Shown: positions 40,267 to 50,992 of the stretch, one piece after another
Position numbering within the stretch: the stretch's first letter is position 1
How the letters are laid out: the number at the start of each line of letters is the position of its first letter
IMG/VR virus record: IMGVR_UViG_3300032046_000005
Location: 1 to 64,000 of that record
DNA length: 64,000 bases
Reading direction: 5' to 3' (one strand)
Source: a virus
Translations under genes and position numbers: made by a program
Notes under the pieces: model-generated
What the model saw: only the letters and a program-made list of their open reading frames with translations
The model's database searches: none
Told to the model about the DNA's origin: nothing

Positions 40267-41806
40267 TTAATTTATAATTGTAGATTCTTTCTTTGCTTTT
40301 GCTTCTTTTAATATTGAAACAGCTTCTCCATTTCTTCGTAATGCGGTTAACATTGTTGCTATAGAAACAAACATGTATGGAGTTATAATCCAATTATTTG
40401 CCGACCACATTGCTAAAAATTCAAACAATGCAATTAGAAACGAAAATAATAATGTTCCATAACTGATTTCAACATTTGCATCAATTTTGATTTTTTTTGA
40501 TAAATCCATTTTTCATCTTTTTCGTGCGATTTTATATTAATTGTATATTTTTTTGACTATTATTCTTATTATTTCTTTTTAAGCAATTCAAGTTCTTTTT
40601 CTAGTTTTATGATAGTATCGTTTGATTCTAGTATTCGATTGAACAAATATGCAACAATTGCCATTATATAAAGCGACAACATTACATATCCAATAGTAGA
40701 TGCAACAAGCAAAAAATCTCTTACAACATAAAATATTGAACTTTCACCCACGCCACGAGCCATGTAAAGAGTAATGACATAAAGCATTAATTCTATTGAT
40801 ATATACATCATTGCTAGAGCTAATAATTGAAAATTCTTTTTACTACTTAGTTTATACCAAGTTTTATGCTTTTTTTCTTTTTTTGTTGTTTCTTCTTTTT
40901 TTTCGCTCATTTATTTCACTAAATGTTTTTTACACTATTCATTGCTTTGATTTCTCCATTAATCTTTGCTTTTTCAGTTGTTAAGACGTTGATTTGAGTT
41001 TCTACTGTTTTTGAAAGATCTTTCAAGTTGTTTTTATGAATTTGTTCTTCTGTAAATGTAGATCCTGAAGGAGCTATTTTTATTACATTGTTATTATTAC
41101 ATTTAGTTAAGTCTAATTCGTAATAGACATGAACTCCTTCAATGATGAACATTTGCAAGAGATCAAGTTGTGCTTGAATTTCAGCTTCTGTATTAGGAAC
41201 TAAACATTTAAATACAGCCATCAAGAATTTAATGATTCCAATCATTTGAGAACTTAAAATAACCATTATTACAGCTATGCCAGAAATAACGATTGCATCG
41301 ACATACCAAACAAAAAACCATCCTTCGTTTATTGCTAATATGTTATATACAAAATATCCCCATATGATGAGAATCTGATATACTGTGAGATGTCCATTTG
41401 GTAATTTCTTTAATAAATCCCATAACCGATCCATTTTTGTTTTTAATGTTTCTTTACCATCAACAATCTTGTTGAAAAGATCTACTATACTTACCCATTT
41501 TGATACGGCATCGTTTAGAATTTGTCGTATGAGAGTTTGTTTTGATATGGTTGGAATTGTTGGATTTGTTAGAATATCATAAGTTCGTGTGACAACTGGT
41601 TCTAAATCTCTTAGATCTTCAGCCAATAAACATATTATCGTATAAAGAGTACAAGCAGCAGATATTTTTAACATTATCGATGGATCTAAGTTTAACATCG
41701 TTGATATTGTAATAAGAATCGCAATGTTTGTTGCTAATGTGGTTAAAGCTCCGGAAAAACCAATTTCTCTTTGTTGAATTTTTACTAAACTGTTTTTTAT
41801 AGTCAT
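40267..41806 (-). CDS. Three membrane proteins (40267-40509, 40569-40910, 40919-41806), putative egress/holin-like module
   Basis: Each has paired hydrophobic segments; located at the end of the late arm. Confidence 0.55.
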
Positions 41807-42073
41807 GAATATTCACGTGTGTTTGTAATGTATATAAATATTTTTTTTGTACTATTTCTTTTATTATTTTTTTTGAAAACATTATGATTTTTTCTTTTAA
41901 ATTAACATTATTTTTTGATAACAACTCTTTCAATTTATTTTTAACAACGAGTCTATAAGATGGACCTCTCGCGGCTTTTACTCTAACTTTATTTTCAAAT
42001 ACTCCTCTATTTTTGTTGTTTTTAACTCAATCTTTAAATAATTGCTTGTGTATATATTATTTGACAATCTTAT

Positions 42074-42661
42074 TCACGCGTGCCACAAATATACCGCAAA
42101 AAAATACAATGCGCTTGCTCCCTCATTGGCGTCCTTTCCCCAACTCCCCGCCAGCAAGTCTCCAAGCGTTGCGCTGAACGCGCTTGATGTCGTGTATAAA
42201 TATTGATTTCCTACAACATGAATTAAATCGAAATTTATTCCGTTGAAAATGTTTGTATCAGAATAAGTTTCTCCCGAACCAGCTGCGCCTAAATACAATT
42301 TTCCAGAATTAGAAACAATTCCACTATTAACTGTAACTAAAGTAATTTTCCAATCGTTTCTCGTCTCGGGAACGACGAAGTTAAACTGCATGTACGCGTT
42401 CACGTCGGAACTTGCCACGCTCCACGATTCTGCTCCTGCCATCGCGAACCCCTCCATTCCATACATTAAGGTTGGTGATATATAATTATTCATTAATGTT
42501 AATATAGCAACTATTTTGTCGTAAATAGCGTTTTTACTCGGTGCAATTGCAGTAATAGTATCCCAACTTGCCGCGTATGCCGTATCTGATACTAATTGTG
42601 TGAGTAATTGGGACACTTCTTCAAGTTTTCTTTCCAAGTTTTTTATCCTATTTTCTGACAT
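42074..42661 (-). CDS. Putative tail tip / receptor-binding protein
   Basis: Follows the large tail protein; APSKNAIYDKI tail-fibre-like motif and beta-rich C-terminus; GAGG RBS. Confidence 0.55.
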   Translation of the reverse strand: MSENRIKNLERKLEEVSQLLTQLVSDTAYAASWDTITAIAPSKNAIYDKIVAILTLMNNYISPTLMYGMEGFAMAGAESWSVASSDVNAYMQFNFVVPETRNDWKITLVTVNSGIVSNSGKLYLGAAGSGETYSDTNIFNGINFDLIHVVGNQYLYTTSSAFSATLGDLLAGSWGKDANEGASALYFFAVYLWHA

Positions 42662-42670
42662 TGATTAACC

Positions 42671-45600
42671 TCATTTTAACTCGAATATCAATCCGTTTGA
42701 TGCTATTATCATGCATTGTTCCGATTTGGCTTCTATCTTTATTCTATCGATGGTAAAAGTGTCTTCTGTTATGGACACATCTGTCGTGGTAAACTTGAAT
42801 GTGAACACTTGTCCAGGTTGTATGAAACCAAGATCTCCTATTTCTGGTTGACAGTCGATCGTGGTTATGGCAGTCGTTCGAGCAATGATGGCATCTGCTT
42901 TTGCATTACATAATGCTGTAGTATTAAGTGTTGCATCTCTTACAATCAATAGAATGACTCCATTCTTTTGTTGGTCTTCTAAGTTAATACCATGTTCTGT
43001 TTCTGATTCAATTCCTATTGATCCTCGAACAATAACTTGATTTACTTCAGAACTTAAGAAATAACCATTAGCATCTTCAATAGGATCAAAGTAAGTAGTA
43101 CCATCATATTGTATCGCTACTAATGTATCCAATTCACCATTGTTATAATACAATTCTCCAGTAGGAGTCAAATACCAAGTAAATGTATCAATATCTTTGA
43201 AATTATCAATTAAAGTTCTCCAAGTCTTGTCTCCTGCTAATGTAAGTGTTCCCATTGCTGTTCCTGCTGTTAAAGTTCCCATCGAAATGTAAGCAATACC
43301 GTTCAAATCGTTGTTCATGTCAGTAATGATCTCGTCAGTCCTTCCTGCTTTCGAACCAGAAGGTTTGACTTGATCCATCTCTTTTGCTGGACTTTCTAAC
43401 CTTACCACTCTTAATGTTCTCGCATCATAAGCTTTTACCAAGCCTTCGAAACACACTTGATCAGGCGTTCCTTTTGCCACATGAAGGTTGTCACCTTCCA
43501 CATAATCGTTATCCCAGATCTCTGCAGGAGCGGAAAGGTATGTAGAATTTGCTACATTTTCTTGACAATCTATTCTTACTTTACTTATATTTGCAACTAC
43601 AGTTCTAAATTCTCCTCCTGTAACTCGTATTGTTTCATTGATATATAAATCAAAAGTATCTGTGGTACAATTGAACGCTACTTTAAAATGATCTAAATTT
43701 CCATCAGTTGGAACTACTCCTACAATTTCTATGGCTGCATTAACAAGATTATAATAATAATATTTATCATTGTCTATTTGTAATAATATTGCCATTGTTC
43801 CAACAGAATCGTAAAAAATGATATTTGTCATATCTGAAGCATCTTCATTTCCCCAATAGAATTCATAGGTTTCTACAGTTTGAACTACTGCAAAATTATG
43901 TACAACATAAGGATCACTTGCTCCTCCATCGTGTGTAACTTTCAATACATTTTTCATGTTATCATATTCATCTACAAGTTCACAACTACAAGTATTAGGC
44001 AAATTAATATCATCAATCCAATCTATGTCTCCAGCAATTGTTATAACTTTAGGCGTTTCGTCGTTAAAGGAGTCTGGAGAGTGCTTATAATACATGGCGT
44101 TTCCGTTTGCTGTATAATATCCAATGAGTTGCATTAACATGTTCTTCGCCACATTAATGTAGTTGCTCCTAAGCAACACCTCAGCAACAGGATAATCCTC
44201 TTTTGGATGGTCAACCCACCACTCCACGATGTAAGGCATCATGTCTTGATACTTGTAAAGCGTTCCAGCGTCTGTTATTAAATAAGTATCCGATATGGCA
44301 ATAATCACATCGTCAAAATCTTGCACGGAAATTAACCATAAATTACCTCTCGATTTTGAGATTTGATATACTTTGTCTTCGGTTAAAGAAAAACCTTTTT
44401 CTGTATTAAATCCTATATCATTTGAGGTATCACAATTACGATCTAGCATTAAAATAATATCATACTCTCCTTTCTTAGTGAATGTGTCACCTCCAATTGA
44501 ATAGGTGCAATAATAATAATCGGGATCATAAAAGAGCGTAAAAGATATAACATCTGAATTGTCGTATGTGATCGTTCTCTTATCGATTGTTGCCGGTAAT
44601 TCAGTTCCTGCACCGCAATCGCAAACTTCTATGATAGTTCCACCAGTATTGTTATAGCACCAGATTTCAACGTTCTCGTCTGACCATGCCCATAAAAAAT
44701 ATGTTTCAGTTGCGGATTTTACCATCATTTGGCTTGCATCGTAAGTTCTCCCAGCTGGAGAGCCCATGTCGTTCGAATGTTTGGCAGAAGTAGTGAGATT
44801 TTCTACATTCAAGAAATATTGTTCGTTCCCGTAAAATCTCACGGTATTGTAAACGCATCCAACTTTGATCTTGGGATAATAATGACATATTACATACATT
44901 TCTTCAAATGTTATAGTTCCTCCCCCAGTAACAGTGGGAGATGTATATTTTATCTGCAAACCATCAAGTTGTGCTTGAGTTATTGAAAGACCAGTCCAAT
45001 GTTGATGTGTCCAACCGGTTGAACTACCAAATTCAAACGTTTTCGTTCCTAACCAAGCTCCTGCATATACATTGACTTGGGCATCGTTATTAGAACATTT
45101 GTTTTTGCCATTAATCCATACTTCAATTTCACTAACATTGGTATTGGTTGGAAGCGTGATTGTATTCATATCAAGTATTTCTACTTCATTTGCAGTAGCC
45201 GTATATATAAATTTATTTGTTGGAAAATCGCCAGTTTCTGCAAGACACGACCAATGTGTGGTTGTATCAGGTGATTCGTCCCAAGTAATTGAAGAATCAC
45301 CATTAGGATGGAAATGTGAAGGAGTAACTTCAGTTCCTTTATTGAATTCTAAATTAACCTGAAAAGTGTCTAAATCTGAATCTATTAACGATAAACCCGA
45401 CCAAGTTACAGTATGCCATGCAGCAGTAGCGGTGGGAGTTATCGTTTTTGATGCAGTTGTTCCAGTTGCAGACCCTGTGACATGAATAGTGCCACCTGTA
45501 GAAGTGTCTGCTTTACAATATATATTTGTAGTTATTTCGTAGATTTCTCCAGAATCGTAAGCAGATAAATCGATTTCAGTAAAGTTAAAATTATCGTCTG

Positions 45601-46141
45601 CACCATCAGTTTGGGTATAAATCTCTTCGGTAAAAGAAGGTGCGGCAGGTGCGTCGTCAACTTCAGTATAATGATTAGCTCCAGTAGATGTCCATTCTGT
45701 CGTTACATCGGGAGCTTCTGGAGTCATTGTTGTTTCTTCTAATGTATATCCCCCCGCCTCAAAGTAATTAACGAACATCGTAGTTCCTATTTTAAAAATG
45801 TCGAACACATCACAATCAGCAAAAGATTTCACTTCTGTTATTGAATCGTCGCTTATTAAGAGAGACCAACAAAAACTCGTCCCGCCGTCGTAGTTACAAT
45901 CTATAAAATAGATTTTATCGTTTGTCCGGTCAAACCAACATCTTGCTATATTCTTAGTTCGTGTGATTATTAACGATTCAGTATCGGTCGAGACTATAAA
46001 TTTATATAATTTCGTTTGATCTATAGAATCCACATAGTATAAAGTATCAGAATCAACTTCTATGAATAAATGAGTATTTTCTGGAAGATGGGATAATGTT
46101 AGACCAGTTGATTGATAATTATAATACTTGTAACTTGTCGT
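42671..46141 (-). CDS. Large tail/baseplate hub protein with inserted beta-sandwich domains; putative ACG start at 46141 (track start GTG 46033)
   Basis: T/D/G-rich; duplicated W...W(S/T)GLS...LD.xQ domain; C-terminal hub-like NQVIVRG...IQPGQ; frame open upstream of 46033 with no ATG. Confidence 0.72.
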   Translation of the reverse strand, partial: TTSYKYYNYQSTGLTLSHLPENTHLFIEVDSDTLYYVDSIDQTKLYKFIVSTDTESLIITRTKNIARCWFDRTNDKIYFIDCNYDGGTSFCWSLLISDDSITEVKSFADCDVFDIFKIGTTMFVNYFEAGGYTLEETTMTPEAPDVTTEWTSTGANHYTEVDDAPAAPSFTEEIYTQTDGADDNFNFTEIDLSAYDSGEIYEITTNIYCKADTSTGGTIHVTGSATGTTASKTITPTATAAWHTVTWSGLSLIDSDLDTFQVNLEFNKGTEVTPSHFHPNGDSSITWDESPDTTTHWSCLAETGDFPTNKFIYTATANEVEILDMNTITLPTNTNVSEIEVWINGKNKCSNNDAQVNVYAGAWLGTKTFEFGSSTGWTHQHWTGLSITQAQLDGLQIKYTSPTVTGGGTITFEEMYVICHYYPKIKVGCVYNTVRFYGNEQYFLNVENLTTSAKHSNDMGSPAGRTYDASQMMVKSATETYFLWAWSDENVEIWCYNNTGGTIIEVCDCGAGTELPATIDKRTITYDNSDVISFTLFYDPDYYYCTYSIGGDTFTKKGEYDIILMLDRNCDTSNDIGFNTEKGFSLTEDKVYQISKSRGNLWLISVQDFDDVIIAISDTYLITDAGTLYKYQDMMPYIVEWWVDHPKEDYPVAEVLLRSNYINVAKNMLMQLIGYYTANGNAMYYKHSPDSFNDETPKVITIAGDIDWIDDINLPNTCSCELVDEYDNMKNVLKVTHDGGASDPYVVHNFAVVQTVETYEFYWGNEDASDMTNIIFYDSVGTMAILLQIDNDKYYYYNLVNAAIEIVGVVPTDGNLDHFKVAFNCTTDTFDLYINETIRVTGGEFRTVVANISKVRIDCQENVANSTYLSAPAEIWDNDYVEGDNLHVAKGTPDQVCFEGLVKAYDARTLRVVRLESPAKEMDQVKPSGSKAGRTDEIITDMNNDLNGIAYISMGTLTAGTAMGTLTLAGDKTWRTLIDNFKDIDTFTWYLTPTGELYYNNGELDTLVAIQYDGTTYFDPIEDANGYFLSSEVNQVIVRGSIGIESETEHGINLEDQQKNGVILLIVRDATLNTTALCNAKADAIIARTTAITTIDCQPEIGDLGFIQPGQVFTFKFTTTDVSITEDTFTIDRIKIEAKSEQCMIIASNGLIFELK

Positions 46142-46634
46142 TAAATCGCCTCGATATTATCTTATACAATCCAACCGTAAAAATGCTCATCATGACTATA
46201 AATAAGAAAATTATTATAGAATAAAACAATTGATAATTTGGATGTAAAAACGATAACATAAACTGTGTACCATCTCCTTTTTCGCTTCCAAACATTAAAT
46301 AGAATAAATTATAAATAATCGAAATAAAGGTTCCTATAAAAAAATCGTAGTTTTTTATAACATAAGAAAGTACCATCATGAATAATCCAATAAAACTAAC
46401 AAATAATACACCACTTATATCTATAAATCGCATATCGTTAGGTGAAATAGAACCAACTTTTTCCCAATAAGTATAAAATGCAGTTAGAGTAAATTCGAAA
46501 TGAAGAAATATATTTTTTGTCATAATAATTGCAATTATGTGTCCTATTTCGTGAATAAAACAATATACAAAAAATAATATAATACAAATAAAATTGATTC
46601 TTACTATTCTTAATATTTTCCTAATTTTGTTCAT
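46119..46634 (-). CDS. M50-like membrane zinc metalloprotease
   Basis: IHEIGH within a hydrophobic helix, distal GDG, several TM segments. Confidence 0.72.
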   Translation of the reverse strand: MNKIRKILRIVRINFICIILFFVYCFIHEIGHIIAIIMTKNIFLHFEFTLTAFYTYWEKVGSISPNDMRFIDISGVLFVSFIGLFMMVLSYVIKNYDFFIGTFISIIYNLFYLMFGSEKGDGTQFMLSFLHPNYQLFYSIIIFLFIVMMSIFTVGLYKIISRRFNDKLQVL

Positions 46635-46806
46635 TTTTTTCTTTTTCCTCCGCGCTTTTCAGTCCCAATTCCTGCTCTATTTCTGCTTTTATAGCGTTCC
46701 TTGCGATCTCGCTCAAGTTTACCTCTGGATTTAACCTTCTTAATACTTTTATGTCTTCGTAATCCAATGTCAACGCTATTTTTTTATAATTGCGACCACT
46801 TTTCAT
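46621..46806 (-). CDS. RHH/antitoxin-like regulator
   Basis: IALTLD...VNLSEIARNAI; own TATA-like box (AAACATAAATA, 46840-46830) about 24 nt upstream. Confidence 0.65.
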   Translation of the reverse strand: MKSGRNYKKIALTLDYEDIKVLRRLNPEVNLSEIARNAIKAEIEQELGLKSAEEKEKNEQN

Positions 46807-46854
46807 TATACTATTAATATATTGGTAGGTATTTATGTTTATCGTTTTAAGAAG

Positions 46855-47289
46855 TCACCCGCATTGTTCTAATAGCACGCCATCAATTTTCCAATATTGC
46901 GTTTCTCCTTCTACTTTTCCTCCTCTTTTCAACCCATTCTTAGCGATTGCCATCGTGAGCGAACTTGCGTCTGCTCCAGCATTGTAAAAATGCACCACGT
47001 TAGTTCCTCCTGTATCTCGATATATCGAAACAGTAAAACCTCCTGCGTCGTGCCAATCGATTAAATAGTGTTGAAAGTCGTACCAATCTTGGTGCGATTC
47101 AAGAAATATGCCTTCTGCAAGCACGTTCCAAAACCGTTTTTCTAAATCATAGAACATGTGTCCTCCTCCCCCATAATGTTTAAACGTCGGATCTATGTTA
47201 AGCCAATAGTAGATGTCTTTTACTTTTATTTTCAAGTAATCAGTTCCATCGGTAATCCATAAATATCCTCCAGAAATGTAATCGGTCAT
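46855..47289 (-). CDS. Distal tail-like protein
   Basis: Position directly after the tape measure gene; size. Confidence 0.5.
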   Translation of the reverse strand: MTDYISGGYLWITDGTDYLKIKVKDIYYWLNIDPTFKHYGGGGHMFYDLEKRFWNVLAEGIFLESHQDWYDFQHYLIDWHDAGGFTVSIYRDTGGTNVVHFYNAGADASSLTMAIAKNGLKRGGKVEGETQYWKIDGVLLEQCG

Positions 47290-47290
47290 A

Positions 47291-48253
47291 TTATCTCAAT
47301 CTCTTGAATCGATATTCGTTTCTTTGCATTTCAGCCATTTCTTCTAATAACGCGTTGTTTTGTTCTAATAACCGCAATTGTTGCGATCCTCCGCCTAATT
47401 CTTCGTTTGCTCTTTTATCGTTAAGAGGAATAACTTTTTCTGGTCCAGCTTCTCCTAACATTGCTAATGTGGGTCCTGTTACTAATCCTCCCTTTTGTAA
47501 ATAAGCAAATGTAGGCAATGCTTTTCCTCCAAATGCAGTAATTAGAGTATTCAATGCAGAAATGAATCCGTTAATTATCCATAATATTCCGTTGATTATT
47601 CCTTTGATTGCAACCCAAACCGTGTTAAATACGGTTATTAATCCATTTTTAATCATTATAATAACTCCCCACCAAAAATCCATGCTTAATAATAATCCTA
47701 CAATCATATCAGTTACTTTATTAATTATCGGACTCATTTTATCGAGAGTTTTTATCAACGGATCTAATAAAGGCATTAATGGTATTAATACAGCTCCTAA
47801 AATCTTGAATAATACGGTTAAAGGTATTAATGCAATTTGCATTATCATTCCAACAATTTGTCCTACCAATTGAAATATAGGACTCAATGCAATGAACAAA
47901 TCCATGATTGGTTTCAAAGCCATCATCAAATATGGTAATATAGCTGCTCCCATTATTTCAAACCATGATTTCATGATGTCCCAAATAGCCATCAATGGTT
48001 CTAATGCTATGAGAAGTCCTGAAAAGAGATCTAATAACATTCCCATCGGAGTTATCGACAATCCCATTCCTCCGAGCATTTTGGTTATCCCCTCGGTTCC
48101 TTTTTTTGTTTTTTTATCGCCAAGTTCATCTAAAGTATCATCTAGGGGTGTGAGAGCGTCTGCTAACTTGCCTACTGCAACCGTGATTTCTTCTATTTTT
48201 TCTGCTAAAAAGAAAACTCTTTCGTCTTCAGGACTTATGGTTTCTCCCATCAT
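47291..48253 (-). CDS. Tape measure protein (short)
   Basis: Amphipathic Pro/Leu/Ile repeats; C-terminal GGLVTGPTLAMLGEAGPEKVIPL. Confidence 0.85.
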   Translation of the reverse strand: MMGETISPEDERVFFLAEKIEEITVAVGKLADALTPLDDTLDELGDKKTKKGTEGITKMLGGMGLSITPMGMLLDLFSGLLIALEPLMAIWDIMKSWFEIMGAAILPYLMMALKPIMDLFIALSPIFQLVGQIVGMIMQIALIPLTVLFKILGAVLIPLMPLLDPLIKTLDKMSPIINKVTDMIVGLLLSMDFWWGVIIMIKNGLITVFNTVWVAIKGIINGILWIINGFISALNTLITAFGGKALPTFAYLQKGGLVTGPTLAMLGEAGPEKVIPLNDKRANEELGGGSQQLRLLEQNNALLEEMAEMQRNEYRFKRLR

Positions 48254-48933
48254 TTACCTCTTTTCTTTTTTAATATATTTTGGGATTTGTTGTTCTTTTA
48301 GCCATTTATCGATATCTGTATGTGAATATTGAGTGTTAAGAAATGGTTTTTTTGTAACTCCAACTGGAGTTTGAAAATTCGAAGTTCCATCTTTATTTTG
48401 ATATGGTAAATCAGATCTTCTTAATGCATATGTAGTCCAACAATAATTTAACACATGAAAATATGTTTCGAGATCCATTTCGTTTATTTCTTCAATCGAA
48501 AGATGTAAGATATCTCTCATTAGAAATTCTTGATATGGTTCTGGAACTATGGCAGAATCTGGTTTTTGAATACAGTCGCAAAACACTCTCGCAACGCGTG
48601 TTGCTTCTTTTATTGCATTGGAGAGTTCTTTCCTAAAAAACCTGATCGAAGAGCTTCAGCAAATACTGATATTACTTCAAATATATCGGATTCTAAACCA
48701 ACTTTTTCTCCATCTAGTATCATTGAATTAGAAATTCTCAAGATCATTTTCCAATCTAGATCAAATGGAATCTTTTTTATTTTTTCTTTTGGAATCAAGT
48801 CAGTTATATTTATTTTGTTTTTGATCGCTTCTCGAACTGTTAATTTATCTCGAAAAGTTCTTTTTCCGATCAGTTTTGAAGGCGTTTCAGGTATATTAGA
48901 TTCTTCAATAGCTACCTTTTTTTCTTCAGACAT
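48254..48933 (-). CDS. Tail assembly chaperones G/GT joined by a -1 frameshift
   Basis: T TTT TTA heptamer at 48640-48634; the -1 frame is open (RKELSNAIKEATRVARV) into the 48586-48254 ORF; lies between tube and tape measure. Confidence 0.85.
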
Positions 48934-48964
48934 TTTTTAACCTCTTACTTATTTTGAATAAAAA

Positions 48965-50029
48965 TCACACATCTACATGTTTTATGTAGTTATGAGGACT
49001 TGTAGTTTCGTTTCCTGTCCAACTATACGATAACACGGGATTAGCTCCTGCTACAATTTCGTAAACTGTTTCTGGAGCTTTTCCTCCTTCATCAATTCCT
49101 ATATTTGAAATATTTTTCAAATATGTATTCGTACAAACCAATTGTTTATTTGTTGCGTGCGCTACTGTTAATGGAGCAAGTGTTTTTGTCGAATATCCTA
49201 ACAATGCTTGAGCTATGTTTGTGTCAGTTGTCATTATTCCTTTAAATGTTGCTTTAAAAGGAGGTCTTGGCGCGTCATAACTACTTCCAACAGTAAGTGA
49301 ATTTAACAACCAATTTCGAGTTTTAGGTGTTTCAATTACAATTTCTCCACTCTGTATCGATAATCCTGAAAGATATGTATGTGATATCGTTACATCTTTT
49401 GAAAGAGCTACTTTTGAAGCGATATTATAAGCTTGTCCATCCCATAATGACCATCCCCCATCTGCTCCAGAAACCGCATCATTAAAACTTGCATCGTCAA
49501 GTCCATCGTCCATATCTACTATGTCAGGCGTACTTTCCGTGCATTCTACAAACATCATTGTTGCTTCTTCAATTAATGCTCCAGGTTCAAGAATCCACTT
49601 GTAAGTTGTCAATTCTCCTCCATCAAACAAAAGATTCACATCGTTCGTTCCATCAATATAGCCGTGGTGTTCAATCCATAAATTATTATTTCTATAAGTA
49701 TCTACTGACATGTTAGCTGTTATAACATCATTACTGCCATCCCATGTAGTTGTCAATGTTTTATTCGTAAAAAGCGTTAATAATAAAAACGGATCTCTAT
49801 ACATTGTTCTTATTGTTATTCCATATTCGTCGATCTTATTATCAAATAAGATCTGTGGATCTAGTTTGTTATATAAATGAATTACTTCTTGATCATATGT
49901 CAATAAATCACATTCAAACGATTTCATTGGATTGAATGGAATATGTTTATCAGTTGCTGGAACTCCTCCTTTAAACGTGTCGTTCCATCCCCAGAATGTG
50001 TAACTTCCTACTCCTTTTATATTTCCCAT
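48965..50029 (-). CDS. Major tail tube protein
   Basis: Position between terminator and chaperones; beta-rich T/G/D composition. Confidence 0.7.
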   Translation of the reverse strand: MGNIKGVGSYTFWGWNDTFKGGVPATDKHIPFNPMKSFECDLLTYDQEVIHLYNKLDPQILFDNKIDEYGITIRTMYRDPFLLLTLFTNKTLTTTWDGSNDVITANMSVDTYRNNNLWIEHHGYIDGTNDVNLLFDGGELTTYKWILEPGALIEEATMMFVECTESTPDIVDMDDGLDDASFNDAVSGADGGWSLWDGQAYNIASKVALSKDVTISHTYLSGLSIQSGEIVIETPKTRNWLLNSLTVGSSYDAPRPPFKATFKGIMTTDTNIAQALLGYSTKTLAPLTVAHATNKQLVCTNTYLKNISNIGIDEGGKAPETVYEIVAGANPVLSYSWTGNETTSPHNYIKHVDV

Positions 50030-50107
50030 TTTTTATTTTTTTTTGTTTGATTTTTATATGTTAATTTGTAATATTTAATTTCTAAATCTAATTTTTTTAT
50101 CATAATT

Positions 50108-50470
50108 TTAAGGAATCAAAATAACAGTCATTCGATAAATTTTTTTATTTCGATATATGATTGGTTTTGGATTTTTTATGATTGGTCTATTTGATGATGC
50201 AAGAAAAATTGCTTTTATATCCTTAAATATATTATCTCGATTGGTATTGTTTGATGTGTAAAGTTCTAATTCACAACTTGTTTGTTCGTCATAAATTTTA
50301 ACATTATTGTAAGCATATATGGGTGTTTCATCTATATCTCTTAATGTAATACCTTTATTAATTGATCCTCTTTTTGAAGTTTTTTGTAATACTAATACAT
50401 CAGGAACAGAACCATAATTTGTCCATGTTCCATCTTGTAAGATGGTTTGAACAGATTCAGCGCACGTCAT
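50108..50470 (-). CDS. Tail terminator/completion protein
   Basis: Position and size. Confidence 0.5.
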   Translation of the reverse strand: MTCAESVQTILQDGTWTNYGSVPDVLVLQKTSKRGSINKGITLRDIDETPIYAYNNVKIYDEQTSCELELYTSNNTNRDNIFKDIKAIFLASSNRPIIKNPKPIIYRNKKIYRMTVILIP

Positions 50471-50473
50471 GAT

Positions 50474-50836
50474 TTATCCTATATTTCCAACTAATTTATA
50501 TCCTAATAAAACTCCAATTCGATGCAAGCGATCTCGGTCTCGTTCATGTAAATAATCTTTAGGAACATATGTCATTGTATTTTCGCCACGATTTCTTCCT
50601 TCTTCTTCGTCAATCATTAATGATATTCCTCTTCCACATATATTTCTTAGAATTTTAGCATAAGTCGTGCTTGAAATTTCAGTTCCAGTCGTATTACCCA
50701 TCTCGTCATCCATCAATCCAGACATGTCTTCAAGCATATCGTCAAGTCCTGCTTCAGTTGGATATTCTTTATCATAAACTGCCCAACTTGCATATCCTTC
50801 TTTTTTTGCCCACTCGTCTTTGCTGCAATATACCAT
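50474..50836 (-). CDS. Head-tail adaptor protein
   Basis: N-terminal YCS motif typical of adaptors; position and size. Confidence 0.55.
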   Translation of the reverse strand: MVYCSKDEWAKKEGYASWAVYDKEYPTEAGLDDMLEDMSGLMDDEMGNTTGTEISSTTYAKILRNICGRGISLMIDEEEGRNRGENTMTYVPKDYLHERDRDRLHRIGVLLGYKLVGNIG

Positions 50837-50992
50837 TTTTATTAACTAGAAGCTTTTGCCATTTTTTTTAACTCGAAATATAATGATAATATAATATAAT
50901 TATTTTTTTGAAACTAATATGTTAATTTTTTTTAACTAATAATTTGATTAAAATATTAGTTTATATCATCTTATAACAAAATAAAAAAAGTT

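Noticed and set aside
41807-42073. Possible ncRNA or ORF in the gap with a short GC-rich patch (~41945-41976), and ORF 41619-41933
   Set aside because: No convincing stem, tRNA fold or start codon; 41619-41933 overlaps the better-supported 41806 gene
42074-42661. Complete diversity-generating retroelement
   Set aside because: No reverse transcriptase or template repeat found in the window
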